Assembly (NCBI RefSeq): GCF_009914755.1
Contig: NC_060937.1
Reading direction: 5' to 3' (one strand)
Source: the human T2T-CHM13v2.0 reference genome, Homo sapiens
DNA: 64,000 nucleotides
Shown here: one piece after another, positions 14,041 to 28,595 of the stretch
Layout: each line of letters starts with the position of its first letter
Numbering within the stretch: position 1 is the first letter of the stretch
Program-made: the position numbers and the translations under genes
The notes under the pieces: model-generated
Seen by the model: only the letters and a program-made list of their open reading frames with translations
Told to the model about the DNA's origin: nothing
The model's database searches: none

Positions 14041-14667
14041 CTGATGGTGGACCATTTGGTGAGATGGGCACTACCCATCTCAGAGGTGGAATGGCAAGGT
14101 ACAGGTCTGAGAAAAGCAGGGCAGATGCGCCATAAACCCTGATCTCACAATTGACTGAAAAATCATGAGTCACTAAGACGTTCGAATTCTTGATCCCTGC
14201 AAGGAACAGCAATTTTAATTACTTTCATCTGCAGTGAAGAATTTGGCATCACTTTGCCCTTTTTGTCAATATTAAGGCTTGGAAATCAGTTCTGTTTGCA
14301 AAACTACTTTATCTTTTGAAAGAAACAGATACTCAACATGTTAAAAATGGCCAAAATATAACTTGGTATTTGCAGGGATCTCTCTTTCCCAAATAATCAG
14401 ATATCTAAAATCTTGTGTTGAAGAGAAGTACCTATAATTTGCCCAAGCCTTCAAGATGCTATCACATGGCTGATTCCTCTCATTCTTCAAGTTTCAGCTG
14501 AGATGAAAATGGTCAGAAAAGCATTTTCTGAACACCTTCTCCAAACAGGTCCTGTTATTACTATCATGGCTCTACGTCCTGTCATCCATGCCATTTCATC
14601 AGCTTAAAAGTATATTTTTATTTACATATTACTCTCTTCCCACTATGATTATAAGGTCCTTCAGGGT

Positions 14668-15056
14668 TGATAGGGTTTGGATCTGTGTCCCTGCTCAAAT
14701 CTCCTGTGAAATTATAATCTCCAATGTGGAGGTGGGGCTGGTGGGAGGTGACTGGATCATGGGGGTGGTTTCTGATGGTTTACCACCATCCCCCTAGTGC
14801 TGTTTCATGAGAGAGTTCTCAGGAGATCTGGTTGTTTGCAAGTGTGTAGCACCTCCCTCACCTTCCTCCTGCTCTGGGCCATGTAATTTGTGCCTGCTTC
14901 CCCTTCTGCCATGATTGAAAGTTTCCCGAGGCCTCCCCAGAAGCCACCATGCTTCCTGTACAGCCTGCAGAACCGTGAGCCGATTAAACCGCTTTTCTTT
15001 ATAAATTACCCAGCCTCAGGTATTTCTTTACGGCAATGCAAGAGTGGACTGATACA
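14668..15056 (+). mobile_element. MaLR solo LTR (MSTA/B-like)
   Basis: TG...CA ends; tgatagggtttggatctgtgtcc...ttctttataaattacccagcctcaggtatttcttta...gactgataca. Confidence 0.85.
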
Positions 15057-18000
15057 AGGTAAAGATTGTGCCTGCTTCTTTTACCTGAGTATAGCCAGTG
15101 GCAGCTTTATGCCCTGGCCTATCATCACCATCCTATAAATACTAATTAAGTTCACGGCTAAAGAACAGTCACGATTCCTGTTCTCAAGGCTCTTTTTAGC
15201 CAGTATCATTTTTATGGCCATGTCGGTTGTTAAAATTCAAAGTCCTTCTGTACTTAATAACCTCTGCTCAGAGCCCTGGAAGTCCCCCAGCCCTTACTCA
15301 TTCTTCTATTTGCCCTTTTCGAGGAATTCTCAGAATTCTCCTCAACCCACAACTTAAGGCCTAATACCTGGCCCAGTGTGCCCTAGTTCTGGTGCTGAGG
15401 ACTGTGTGTGTTGGTTGGTGTCTGTGCTGTACAGGTTGGTAAATGTTTTGAAGGTCATACCTGCCTAGACTTCTAATCCAAACCCAGAATCTACTTTCTG
15501 TTGCTATATAATACATAGAAACTTCCATAATAATGACATAGAGTAACATAGGAAAAGATCCCTATTGCTAATGATGAACAAGTTAAATTCATATTAAAGC
15601 AAAACCATAGCCTCAGATAGGGTAAACAGATGGGCAGGTCTGTGTGAACGTGTTTGTGTCAGGGTTAGGAGTTAGGGAGGTCTGTGGCAAGGGAGGATTG
15701 CAGAACAATCACCTTTATGTTCTTTTGGATTGAAGACAAAGTTTCATCTCTTTCAAGGAGAGAGAAGAGCTTTATTGAAAAAAGTCAAACTTCAACTGCG
15801 AATATATTCCTTAAGTGGAGAGATCCTGGGTGAGACTCCATCCAGAAGCTGGCTTAATTGGACTCCAACTGGGCAGAATGAATTCTTAATCAGAACATAT
15901 TTTATTTGCTTAAAATGAATATTATTGCAGTTACCCCCGATTTATCAACAAAGTGGCCATTAACAGCCATCAGTGGCTGACCTTGACAGATTCCATTACT
16001 GAAATAATGAAATTTGATGGGTTACTATTATTAAGATTTGCTAATGGTTTTACATTGCAGAGCTTGAGACCAGTGAAACAGAGCTGCTTACTCAGGCAGG
16101 CTGACCACAGGGAAAATGAGAGGGAGGGAGTAATGAAAAGCACAGGGAGCTTGATGAAAAATGAATGGCTCCCAGGCAGAATTTCCACAAATGAAATGGA
16201 AATTCAGATATATATCTCTTAATCACCAAACTGAAAAGGTTGATTACTTAAAATTAGACTCACCAGATGTTTTTGTTGTAGGCAGGAATGGAAAGCTGAC
16301 TAAGTGGGAAAATACAAATTTATTCTTTAAAAGGTCCTAGTTATCTCATAATAGCTGGTAGGAAATTGAACTGAAATCATAAACGGAAAGCAGCTAGATT
16401 CAGAGGGGAATGAGGAGAAAAGCTCAGAGGCAAGAAAAGGAGAAGAAATAAGACAATTCTATTGTGTTAGCATTCCTGATATTTGTAAACTTGGGCTGAC
16501 GTGCAAAAGAAGTGATTTACTTTTTTTTTCCTAAAAATTCATTGGTTAGCAGCTTTCTTCTCACATAATTTTAGATTGTAAACATTTTACTTCCCTTATC
16601 CTCAGAGCCATTATTAATTTCCATTACCTTCAGACATGACCCAGCTACAAGAAACACCAACCCAATTTCGTTTGAGTGGAACCAGCTGTGGGCAAAGGAG
16701 TAAAGTTGCTTCTGGGATACAGTTTGGGAGACATTGGAAAGGCCTGTTCTTAGATTGTCTCCCTCACCTTCCTGGTTTTCCCATCAAAGATTTGTCTGTT
16801 TGGATCTATCAAGCATTTTGAACTTACTGGCTTCTGTTTAAAATGCAAACACTTCCGAAGAGGCAATAACTGAGAACCTGTTAGGCTTATCAACTAATAC
16901 CTTTGCCTAAATAGAGATTCTGTCAGGACAAAAGTTTTGAGGAGTGGATTATTTCAGAGCAATTAGTGTTTGGGAGAGGGAAAAAGGCACTCCTAAGAGT
17001 TGGAAGAGATCATTTTTACCTATCTTACAATTTCCAAGAGGAGGGCCCTTCTGTGGCTTAACTAGTATTTATTGCCAAAACTTCATGGATTAAAAACTCC
17101 CAAACTGAAGTCAGTTTTGGTTTCCTCATGCCTCTCTATATGGCAAAAGAACCCTAGATAATGAGGAATATTGGATGCACATGGAGATAACCTCCTTGTT
17201 TGTCTATAAGATAGAAATAGATTCTGTCTTGCTATTATTGCCTGTCCTTTACTTTCTGGGTCAGTGGTCCAGGATCCTGTTAATTTCTTACATAACAAAT
17301 TAGCTGTGGACCTCAATAACCACTGTCCAAGTTTGTAAAACAGAGAACGAGATATGAGTAAGTTCCTTGCCAGATCTATTATAATTAAGTTACTGTAACT
17401 TCTGTAAGTGTACTTAAGCCTAACAGTCAGTACACAGCATATAGGAAATGCATATGTGGTTTTGAACCAATCAGCTTAAGTATATTGTACATTAGAGGAG
17501 ATAGGCTCAAAGCAAGTAATTCCTTTTAAAATGTTTTTATATGCATCACATCCATAACTAAGGGCCTACTGTGTGGTAGGTATCACAATCCAGGAGTGCA
17601 AAGGTAAGAACTGTGTAACATATGGGCCTGTTCTATGGAAATGAATGTATTAGGGAATCTGTTATATTTTGCTATCAAGGTTAATAAAACAAAAACAGAA
17701 AAAGTTAGCCAGGGGGAAATGTATTGTATAATCCATTTTGGGATAGATAAAAGGTGACTTTGGGGAACATAGAGCCCCTTGCCCCGCATAAGAAACTCCA
17801 GAAATAGAAAAGAGAAACAGGAAAACCAAAACTGGCTGGCCACTCGGGAGATCACATTTGTTAGTGGCTTCCGCTAAGTGAACTATTTGAGACAACTTAT
17901 AACTTATGTTGGGTCAGGTAACTCTAGAAGTGCCCTCTAGTTGGTAATAGATAGCTTGTAATATGTCTGGTTCATATAATAAAACCTTATTTGAATGCCA

Positions 18001-18210
18001 CTATTGTCAGAACATGTAGAAAGATACTATATTTGCACTACCTATAAAATGGTATTTGTTCTACAAAGGTATAAAATTATAGGGGGATAATTAAAATGCT
18101 TAGACTCTTCAGGCACTTGACAGTCATTTCTGTGTAAATGACTTAAATCACTAATTGTAAAACATTTCAATTTAATCCTCAAGATACCTCAAGGAGCTCC
18201 ACTCGCTGAT

Positions 18211-18266
18211 ATTCTTTCTGGTATAACACTAGTTACCATTCTTTCTGGTATAACACTAGTTACCAT
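18211..18266. repeat. Perfect 27-bp tandem duplication
   Basis: attctttctggtataacactagttacc x2. Confidence 0.95.
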
Positions 18267-18567
18267 GTGCATTGGAGAATAAAAATTTCTCTGAAATAAA
18301 CTGCAATTGTGACTCTTTAATTCAGACTTATTTTCTCAACAATTAGTCAAAATTAGTCAAATAAGGTGAAAGTATAAATGGTTATACAAAACTCTTAATT
18401 TCTTATGAAGACTATAAGGGCAATTATACATGAAAAATAAAAGGCTTAACTCTCACTTTTAAAAATAAGAGAATGCAGTTTGATAGCTCTGATGCTTAAA
18501 AAATAAAAAGGGAATAAGAACAAAAGTTATCTTTTCTTAGAGCATTTTCCTTTGTCAACTTGTAATT

Positions 18568-18895
18568 GGCCCGGTGTGGTGGCTCATACCTATAAATTTC
18601 AGCACTTTGGAAGGCTGAGGTGGAAGGATTGCTTGAGCCCAGGAGTTCAAGACCACTCTGGGCAACATAGCAGCGCCTCATCTCTACAAAAAGTACAAAA
18701 ATTAGCTGAGCGTGGTGGAGTGTGCCTGTAGTCCCAGCTACTTAGGGGGCTGAGGCAGGAGGATTGCTTGAGCCCAGGAGTTCAAGGCTGCCGTGAGCTA
18801 TGAAGTAAGCTGCCACTGCACTCCAGCCTGGGCACCAGAGTGAGACTCCCTCAAAATGAAAAAAAAAAAAAAAAAAGAAAAAAAAAAAGAAAAAG
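18568..18895 (+). mobile_element. AluJ
   Basis: ggaggattgcttgagcccaggagttcaag in both arms, long A tail. Confidence 0.92.
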
Positions 18896-19645
18896 ACAGT
18901 CATATGAAAAAAGCTCAACATCACTGATCATTTGAAAATCAAAACCACAATGAGATACCATCTCATGCCAGTCAGAATGGTGATTATTAGGAAGTAAATA
19001 ACACGCTGGCAAGGTTGTGGAGAAAAAGGAACACTTATATACTGTCGGTGGGAGTGTAAATTAGTTCAACCATTGTGGAAGACAGTGTGGTGGTTCCTCA
19101 AAGATCTAGAGGCAGAAATATCATTTGACCCAGCAATCCCATTACTGAATATATACCCAAAGGAATATAAATTATTCTGTTATAAAGACACATGCACACA
19201 TATATTCATTGCAGCACTATTCACAATAGCAAAGACATGGAATCAACATAAATATCCATCACTGATAGACTGGATAAAGAAAATGTGGTACATATATACC
19301 ATAGAATACTATGCAGTCATAAAAATGAGATCATGTCCTTTGCAGGGACATGGATGGAGCCTGGAGGCCATTATCCTTAGCAAAACTAAACTATACACAT
19401 GTTCTCACATATAAGTGGGAGCTAAATGATGAGAACACATGGACACATAGGGGAACAACACACAACTAGGGCCTGTTGGAGGGTGGGGCCTGGGAGGAAG
19501 TTAGACGATCAGGAAAAATAAATAATGGGTACTATGCTTAATACCTGGGTGATGAAATAATCTGTACAACAAACTTGTGCCATGACACAAGTTTACCTAC
19601 GTGACAAACCTGCACAGGTACCCCTGAACTTAAAAGTTCATAAAA
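18896..19645 (+). mobile_element. 5'-truncated L1 (L1PA15/16-like): ORF2 C-terminus and 3' UTR
   Basis: ORF 19073-19414 gives WKTVW..LKDLE..I.FDPAIPLL.IYPKE...WIKKMWYIYT.EYY (L1 ORF2 end). 3' UTR ends gtacccctgaacttaaaagtt. Confidence 0.92.
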
Positions 19646-19656
19646 CCCTTGTAATT

Positions 19657-20222
19657 ATAAATTCTTTCTTCGGCTCTTTGAGATGAAAAATATTTTAAAA
19701 GGCCCTCGCAGGTCTTACAAGCCAGGAGTGTCATTTTCTAGGACCAAGGAGCCATCTCTCTGACGTAAAGGAGACAACACTTCTATCTTGCGGCTTCGGT
19801 AAGAAGGTAGGAGCCTAAACTTCCGAGGATCCTCTTCCTCCAACTTGCAAAACTACTTCTTGTCATTAAGATATGAGAAGTTTGTTTTTCCCTTTATAAG
19901 ACACTAATTAGCTAACACAGATGTTCACCCCAATTACCAGGTATATTTAGGATGAACTATGTGAGGCACATGGTGCTGTCAAGTCCTTATGTGAGGACTA
20001 GCTAGTTGTTTATCTAGAGAATGCCTATGTAATAGGATGCATCTGTTTGGCTGTATAAAAGAGTGAGATTTGTCTTTGCAATCCCTCAGTGGATTCCCTC
20101 TATGTGTATCATATTCTAGTTTAGCGTTTATTCAATAATAAAGCTGCTTTCTTTCTCTACTATATTTGTAAAGAGGTTTTTTTTAGGCTGGAAGATGATT
20201 TTGTCTTTAAATTTACCCAACC
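19657..20222 (+). mobile_element. ERV1 LTR fragment (MER67-like)
   Basis: tataaaagagtgagatt...ctttgcaatc...ttattcaataataaagctgctttctttctctacta has the TATA/poly(A) layout of MER67. Confidence 0.5.
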
Positions 20223-20796
20223 TAACCTCATATTGATTTTAGATATATTTCACGTGCTCTTAAACTATGTCCCTAAAACCCGAGCAGATGTTAACATTAG
20301 CTTTACTGCCTATGGGTTAACCATTCATGTCAACACTGATTCTCCTTCCTCCGGATCTTGGTGAATCACCCTAGAACATGTTTTGCCACCCTTCCTCACT
20401 CACTTCCTGGTATTATCACTGATAATGGTCTGCAGCTTTAATTTAAATTAGAGGATTAATTTTATGATATCTCAAATAATGTGATAACAGCAAGTAGATT
20501 GTCTTAAAAGTCATGTGTCAGCTAGCTGAGAAAGACTGCAAGTGATAGGGAGGAAAGAGGCTGAGCTGTTAGGGATTTAAGGTCAGTGAGTACATGACAA
20601 AAAATAAAATATTACATGCCTAGAAAGGCAGGACAAAATGAAGCAATGACTCAAAGTTCATCAACAGAAAAGAAGTAATATAAGAGATTTCAGCCTTCAG
20701 TCCTAGCAACAGCCTGCAATACAAAACAATTCTGGCTCTACTAGGTGAAGATGCTGACCTAAACCAGTCCTGGGTCACCTGGACTGTACTTGGAGC

Positions 20797-20992
20797 AGCA
20801 ATGTCCATTGGAACGTTCTGTGACGGAAGGGTTCCATATCTACTGCCCAATGTACTAGCCACCAGCCATGTGTGTACTGACCACTGAAAATGCGGCTGGT
20901 GTGACAGAGCAGTTGAATGTTAAATTTAAGTTGATAAAATAAAAATGAAATGGCAATATATATGACTAGTGGCTACTCTATTGGACAACACA
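20797..20992. mobile_element. MER3 DNA transposon
   Basis: cagcaatgtccattggaacgttctgtga...tagccaccagccatgtg...tagtggctactctattggacaaca. Confidence 0.75.
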
Positions 20993-21870
20993 GAACTATA
21001 TGATTCAAGGGAAGATGATTTTTGGGGTCATTTACTTAAATATTACAAGGCTTGCGCTATTTGGAGAGAAATCTCCTGTGTAGGATACTGATCAGCATTT
21101 ATCACTGATTGGAAGATGTACAGATACTAGAGTTGAAGTGGTCCTAGATGTTGTTGGCAGTGATGGGAAGATTTGGGTGCTTGAGACGAGGTAAGCTTTT
21201 CTGGGTTCTCTCCAGCCATCTCATGAGACTTCTTGCTGTATTTTTCACATATTTCATTATTTTCAAGTTCTACTATCTTTATCTTGCTCACATCCTGGGA
21301 ATCATAAGAGGATTAATTCGTGAGTTTCATAAATTGTTTTGTAGATTAAAATTCCCTATTAAAATGTCTATTACTATCAGCAGTCCTGACTTGGAGAGAT
21401 TAGACTTCTGACAATTCCTGTTTATAGGGTTCGGAGCAATGCATCTGTGCTATTAGCCCAGGAGGCAGGCCCACACAGACTCAGTTAGATTAAGCAATCA
21501 GCTTCCTGATAGGCTTACCGAGAAAGCTGACTCGCCCTTCAGCCTCAGCCTGGCCTCGTGGTTCCTCCCTTCTCTGCCTGCTTCCTGTCCTAGGGTCTGT
21601 CAGCCACTCTGCAGAGCTATCCTGTACTGCCTGAGGGGCTGTGCAATCAACTCAGGCCTTAGGGGAGAGAGCAGCTGAGGAATGTAAATGGTGCACAGTG
21701 TAAACAGTAATGCACTTGAAGTCACAAGACCTGGCTTTGAGTCCCAGACTTGCCTTGTTAATTATGAAATTCTGACTAGGTACTTAGTCTCTTTGAAACT
21801 TACTTTTCTCATTCCCATTCATTTAACAAATATTGAGTTAGGTACTGTGTTAGGAACTGGGGAGTCATCA

Positions 21871-22491
<621 letters not shown>

Positions 22492-24274
22492 CTAGAGATA
22501 AGTTACCCTTAAAATGCCTACTATGTGCTAGGTGCCAAATACTTACTTACATTTAAAGGCTGACGCTGACTGATTTCCTTCATCATGGAAAATGAAGGTT
22601 ATCCAAATAACTTGACAAGTTAAAAGCATCTCAGGAAAGGGATCATTTTCAATTTGAATCTGTCTTGTTCCACTGTTTACTATGAATTTGTAGCAATATT
22701 ATGAGATAGCTTGGTGCATATGTGTATGTAATATATAAAACTGTTAGCCAATTCTGCATGGGAATCTGAGTTGCTAATTTCTCCAGAACATCTCTTGAAG
22801 GATTTTCGAATAGTGAATAATCTTTCAAGATGGAGATAGTGTCTCCATCTGGAGCAAAGGTCAGGTTTGTTTCCTGCTCATTATGAAGATTTGGGTTTGT
22901 TAAGCTCGGTTTTCTTTCCTGTATACAATCCACTGTGTCTGTAGTTGCCATATGGCCCTCTTTACATCACCCTGTGAAAACTGGGACTTGTGCAACTACT
23001 GCAAGAAAGTGGCGATACTCTGGCTATTGTAGTGAATCTCTGATCCAAGAGTCTCATGTCTTGCAGCAAGATAATGTGTTAGCCTGCAACTAGAATAAAA
23101 TCCAAAACCTGCCTTTAAGTCTTGACATCTATGATTTGAGATAGAGATTTTTTTAAAGAGAACTAAGTGAACTTTTTGTCCTGAGTGAAGCACAAAGTAC
23201 CCACATTGTAAAGTGGAAAATAGAATGGTTCATCAATTGTCCCAGCACCACTGCAAAGAGACAGTTAAGTAGCTGGTTTCCTTAGGCAACTGGAAATCTA
23301 GATAATATTGTGAATTTAATTGACCACTAATGGAAGTTCTCTATTTTTAAACATTTTTCTTTCCATCTTTCTGAAGCGATAGGAATACCTTTTCCCTAGA
23401 AAGGTCAGACTTCAGGAAGCACATAACATTTAAATAATCTGAAAGCTCAGCATCCCTGGATGTGCAAAGCTGCCAGAGCTGGGTCAGAGAGTCAAGCTGA
23501 ATGGAATTACTGAAGGCAGCTATATGGCTGGAAATGCAGTCTTAAGATGAAGTGGAAAGCTAAGCTCTGACAGCTTGGTATTGAGATTTAACATTTGCAC
23601 AAGGTTGTTGAGGATAAAGGCAATTGCCAAGAACAAGTAAAACTATTCAGAAGTTCATAGATTTGAGGGGGTCATTCATACGACCAAAAGAAAACTCCAA
23701 CTCAAGGAACTGTGTATTACTTGTGTCTAATATTTCCCCAAAATATCATTGCTAAATTTTTTTTCTTCAAAATTAGGGAATTAGCACTCTTACAGATATA
23801 TCATTTTTACTATTAAATATAGTTCTTTGAAAGAACCTACTCACGGGGGTATATATGAAATTCCCTATGTTCAACTGAGTTTCTATTTTATCCTGTATGC
23901 AGCATTTCCATTATTTGTCCTTGGGCAATTCCCAAAGGAAGTCTAGGGCAGTTTTTCATCCTTGAAGCATCTAAATGTGCTCTATAAACTATATTCTATA
24001 TTCACCAGCTGCTTATATAATGTTATTTCTAAATGTGGAACAAAAAAGTTATTTACTGCCACTATTGGCACACAAATTCAATATGTATTAAAATATTCTT
24101 ATTAAGAAGTGTTAGAAAAATAAAACTTCATGAAAATCTTTTAAAATTCCCAGATATATTATTAAATAATAAGCAAGCAAACAGTGACTGGACTTATGGT
24201 GATAAAGTAGCTTTACAGAATCTGAAGAGACTAAAAAGGGAAATTATATTAGAGAAATACAAAGTGATTGAAGT

Positions 24275-25312
24275 AGATACGTCACCAAAAGCACAAACAA
24301 AAACAGAAAAATAGATAAACCGGACTTCGTCATTATTAAAAACCTTTGTGCATCAAAGTATGTTACCAAGACAGTGAAAAGACAACCTACAGAATGAGAA
24401 AAAATATTTGCAAGTCCTATATTTGATAAGGGTTTAATGTCCAGAACATAAAGAATTTCTAAAACTCAACAAACAGATAAAACAGCCCAATTAAAAATTG
24501 GGCAAAGAATTTGAATAGGGATTTCTTCAAAGAAGACATTACAAATGACCAATAAACATATGAAATGATCAACGTCAGTAGTCATTAGGGAAATGCAAAT
24601 AAGAATCACAATGAGATAACCACTTCTCACATACTATGATGGCTATAACAAACACAAGGAAAATATTGTTGAGGACTTGGAGAAATCAGAACCCTTGTAC
24701 GTTGATGGCGGAAGTGTAAAATCACACAGATGCTGTAGAAGACAGTTTGATAGTTCATCAAAAAGTTAAAGATAGAACTATCATATGACCCAGTAATTCC
24801 ACTCCTAGGTATATTCCCCAAAGAATTAAAAACAGGTTATTAATATGCCAATGCTCTGAATTGTAACATTATTCAGAATAGTCAAAAGCAGAAATCCACA
24901 TATCCATCAACAGATGAATGAATAAAATGAGGTACATATATATATAATGAAATATTATTCAGCCATAAAAAATGAAGTTCTGATATGTGCTATACTACAG
25001 ACCCTGAAAACAGTATGCTAAGTGAAATAAGCCAGACAGAAAGAGAATAAATGTTGTATAATTGCACTTGTATAAAATATCTGGAACAGATGAATTAAGA
25101 GACAGCAGATTAGAGGTTACCAGGGAGTTGGGTTGGAAGGAGTGGGGAGTTACTGCTTAATGGTTACAGAATTTGTTTGTGAAGGCGAAAAAATTTGGAA
25201 ATAGATAGTGGTGATGGTAGCACAAGATTGTGAATGTAATTTATGCCACTAAATCATTACACTTAGAAATGGTTAAAATGGCAAATTCTCTATTATATAT
25301 TTTACTGCATAA
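24275..25312 (+). mobile_element. Old L1 3' portion (L1MB-like)
   Basis: gtgaaaagacaacctacagaatg, catatgacccagtaattccactcctaggtata, ggaaatagatagtggtgatgg. Confidence 0.85.
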
Positions 25313-28136
25313 AGTACATGCCTTTGTGACTTTTAAAAATATGAATTCTAAACTGGTCAAATATATATAATGGATTTTTTAAAACAAGAAAGTGAAGAAA
25401 TTATTGGGGTCTAAGTAAACATACCTGAGATAATTACAGGCAATTGAAACTAAAAGGACAGATATAGACTACTGTAGGGATAGAATAAAATAAATCAGAT
25501 CAAATGCTAAACTACTGTCTTGAACATGCTACTTTATTTGTAATGGTCAAGACTAGAAACAGAATTGGAAGAATAGTTAACAGATTGTGGTATACCAATA
25601 TGAGAGAATAACTTGCAGGTATTAAAGTCATTATAAAGCCCATGTAGAAAAACAAATTGACAATACAATGTTATGTGAAAGGATCAGAATATAAAACAGT
25701 ATATTACATTATTGCAACTTTGCTAAGATACATTGTATGTGGCAGACAAAATATGAAAACAGTTGTGCTAGGATTAAAACATTTCTACTACTGTTGCTTT
25801 ATTGTTAATTCAGGTTTTTAGAAAAAAGGATACATGAAAACATTGGTTTAATACCTTGCATCTCTATTAGTAATTATCTATTGTGCAAAATAACTTTGGA
25901 GATTCAGGCTAGCTTCTCTTTACTCTAGAGTTGTATCCATCATATACTGTTTTACTATGCAGATTTGTTATGTCTAAATTGGGCTATGATTAGTGACATT
26001 AGAGCTAAGCCAGGGATTTGAAGAAGTTAAAAGCTAAAGAAATTCCACAATGAGTTTTGCTTGGGATCTCACTAAATATTCTTATTTAACTCCAATATTT
26101 CAAGATTCAATATATATATAACTAAGATTATATAGTTTGAAATTAGCTTAGGAATTCAGTAGTCCAAGTTCTTTTAACAAAGGAAAAAACTGAGGTATAC
26201 AGCCCATGTGCTGACAAAAGCCAGACAGTAGCCAAGCTTGCCTGTCTTAATACTCTGCTCATTCCATTATGCCAGAGCAACTTCTCATCTATCCTCAAAC
26301 TCCACATTACCATGTAATATAGACACGTGCCTGCATGAGCTTGGTGCTGGAAGACATAACTTCAAAAGGATGCTAGCTTATTGCTGTTTACTTGTACTGA
26401 ATTAACTGAACCCATTATCTCTTTGACATTGTGAGAATTACTTCAACTTATCAGTGCAACCTGATTCAGATTTCTTATTCCATCCTTGTGAAAAAGCTAT
26501 TCCAAATCCATAAATTCAGTGGGTCAGTTTTGACCTGAAAAAGTGAAATCAGTAATGAAAATATTGCCTCCTTTTATGATTATTCAATTCTACTTGAAGC
26601 AAGAGGCTGGATTGAAAAACAACCTCTTTTGGTCCATCAGTTCTCTTTTGGTCTAATTTTATTGCCAAACTATTACAGGCTGCTGAACCACTGATCAGGC
26701 TGCTAACTAATCAGTTTTCTACCCTATACTCATCCATAGTGGAAAAAGAAAATAAACAAGCAATTCAGAAAATACATTATTTAGCATTACTCTTTCAATA
26801 GGGTCTATGACTTAGTTTATTACACCAAGAACCAACCCAATTTCAAATAATTACAAAGTGTTAGTAAACTCTCCAGGTAGGCACACAGAGACATGAGTTG
26901 CAGATAACGCTGCATGCATTGGTCAGGCCAGTAAGAGGTTTCAGTATCTTTCCCTGCATTTTTGACACCTAACTGGATGAGTATGGCTCTGCGGGTCATG
27001 TGGAAACTTAGAAGTAGAATCTCTGCCAACAGAACAAAAGCATCTTTGTTCAGAGGCTTGCTGACAATTTTAGGTGTTGAAACCCAACAGTAGGAAATGG
27101 AATTATAGAGCTGGAAAGAATTATCAAAATGTAATTTAATTCTAGACATATCCTGCATAAGACATGATTTTCTGAACTATTTCAGAAGAGTGCCAGGGAA
27201 ATTACTTTAGTCGTATCTTTTATTTTTCCTCTTTAAATTCCGACAAATATCTTATTAATGGACAGTGATATCTTTACAATACCATGGTGTTCTTTCAAAT
27301 ATGAGAAGGTACTTTTTTACTCTGACCAATTTGGAATGAAAACTACACTTAAATGTAGACTTTAAATCAAAGATAATGTGAGAGAAAATTATAAGAATCA
27401 AAGTGATATGCACCAGCTTAAGGAAATCAGAATTGGTTATCAATGGCCAGTTCTAGCACTTATTAAGCACCTGTTTTGCTAGTGGTGAGGAACTCAAAGA
27501 CAAATAAGACATAGCCCCTGTCCTTGAGAGGTTATAAAATCTAGCATGCTGTATTGCATGGTTTATTGACCACTCTGTATATTACAAATGGAAGTGTTAA
27601 TATTAACAAGCGTATGTGCAAAAAGGATATATGAAAACATTAGTTTAATACTTTGCATCTCAATTAGTAATTATTATGCAAAATAACTTTGGAGTTTCAG
27701 GCTAGCTTCTCTTTATTCTAGAGTTGTATCAATTATATACTATTTTATTATATAGATTTGTTATGTCTAAATTGGACTACAATTAGTTATGATTTGTTAT
27801 GTCTGTTTATTTGACCACTCTGTATACTACTAATGGAAGTGCTAACATTAACAAGTGTACGTGCAAAAAGGACACATGAAAACATTGGTTTAATACCTTG
27901 TGTCTCTGTTAGTTTAATACCTTGCATCTCTATATACAAAAGCCCTGAAATTTAAAAAAGTGTACATGCAGTATAATTCATGAGTAGATGTTAAAAGTCT
28001 GCTCCAATCCTAAATTGATAGTGTAGGCAGTGCTTCTCAGAGTGTCCCAATTTTTGGACTTCCCATTAGTTCCTACTCAGATTCTCTGGGAATGGGCCCT
28101 GAGAATATGTATTTCCCAGTAATTATTATTATTATT

Positions 28137-28271
28137 ATTTTGAGATGGAGTTTTGCTCTTGTTGCCCAGGCTGGAGTGCAATGGCGTGATCTCAGCTCAC
28201 TGAAACCTCCGCCTCCCGGTTCAAGTGATTCTTCTGCCTCAGTAGCTGGGCGTGAGCCACCGCACCCGGCC
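28137..28271 (-). mobile_element. Internally deleted AluS (about 135 bp)
   Basis: Right-arm sequence fused directly to the Alu 5' end: ...gcctcagtagctgggcgtgagccaccgcacccggcc. Confidence 0.8.
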
Positions 28272-28595
28272 ACTGCCATTGTTTCCTGACTTTGCCTAGA
28301 AAAGTTAGCCTTCAGAGACAAATTCTCATTCAAAGGTGAAATGATCTTCAGTTATGAGTGATTATTTTTGCATCTATTTTACTTTCTTTTTTTTTTTAAC
28401 CTTGGAACCAGTTTATTCTGGTGCTAAGAAGAACTGTAAAATAGTTAAAATGTCCTATCAAGTAATTCACTGATTACATAACACCACTTTTGTTTTTTAT
28501 TCCATTTTTTGTTTTAACTCATGTGGTAGTGATATTTAATACTTTCTGATCAAATAGGTTCAAAGCGAATCTTTAAATTTCAAATTTCTTTTTTT

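Noticed and set aside
19073-19414. 113-aa ORF with L1 ORF2 similarity
   Set aside because: Fragment of a 5'-truncated, frameshifted L1; cannot be functional.
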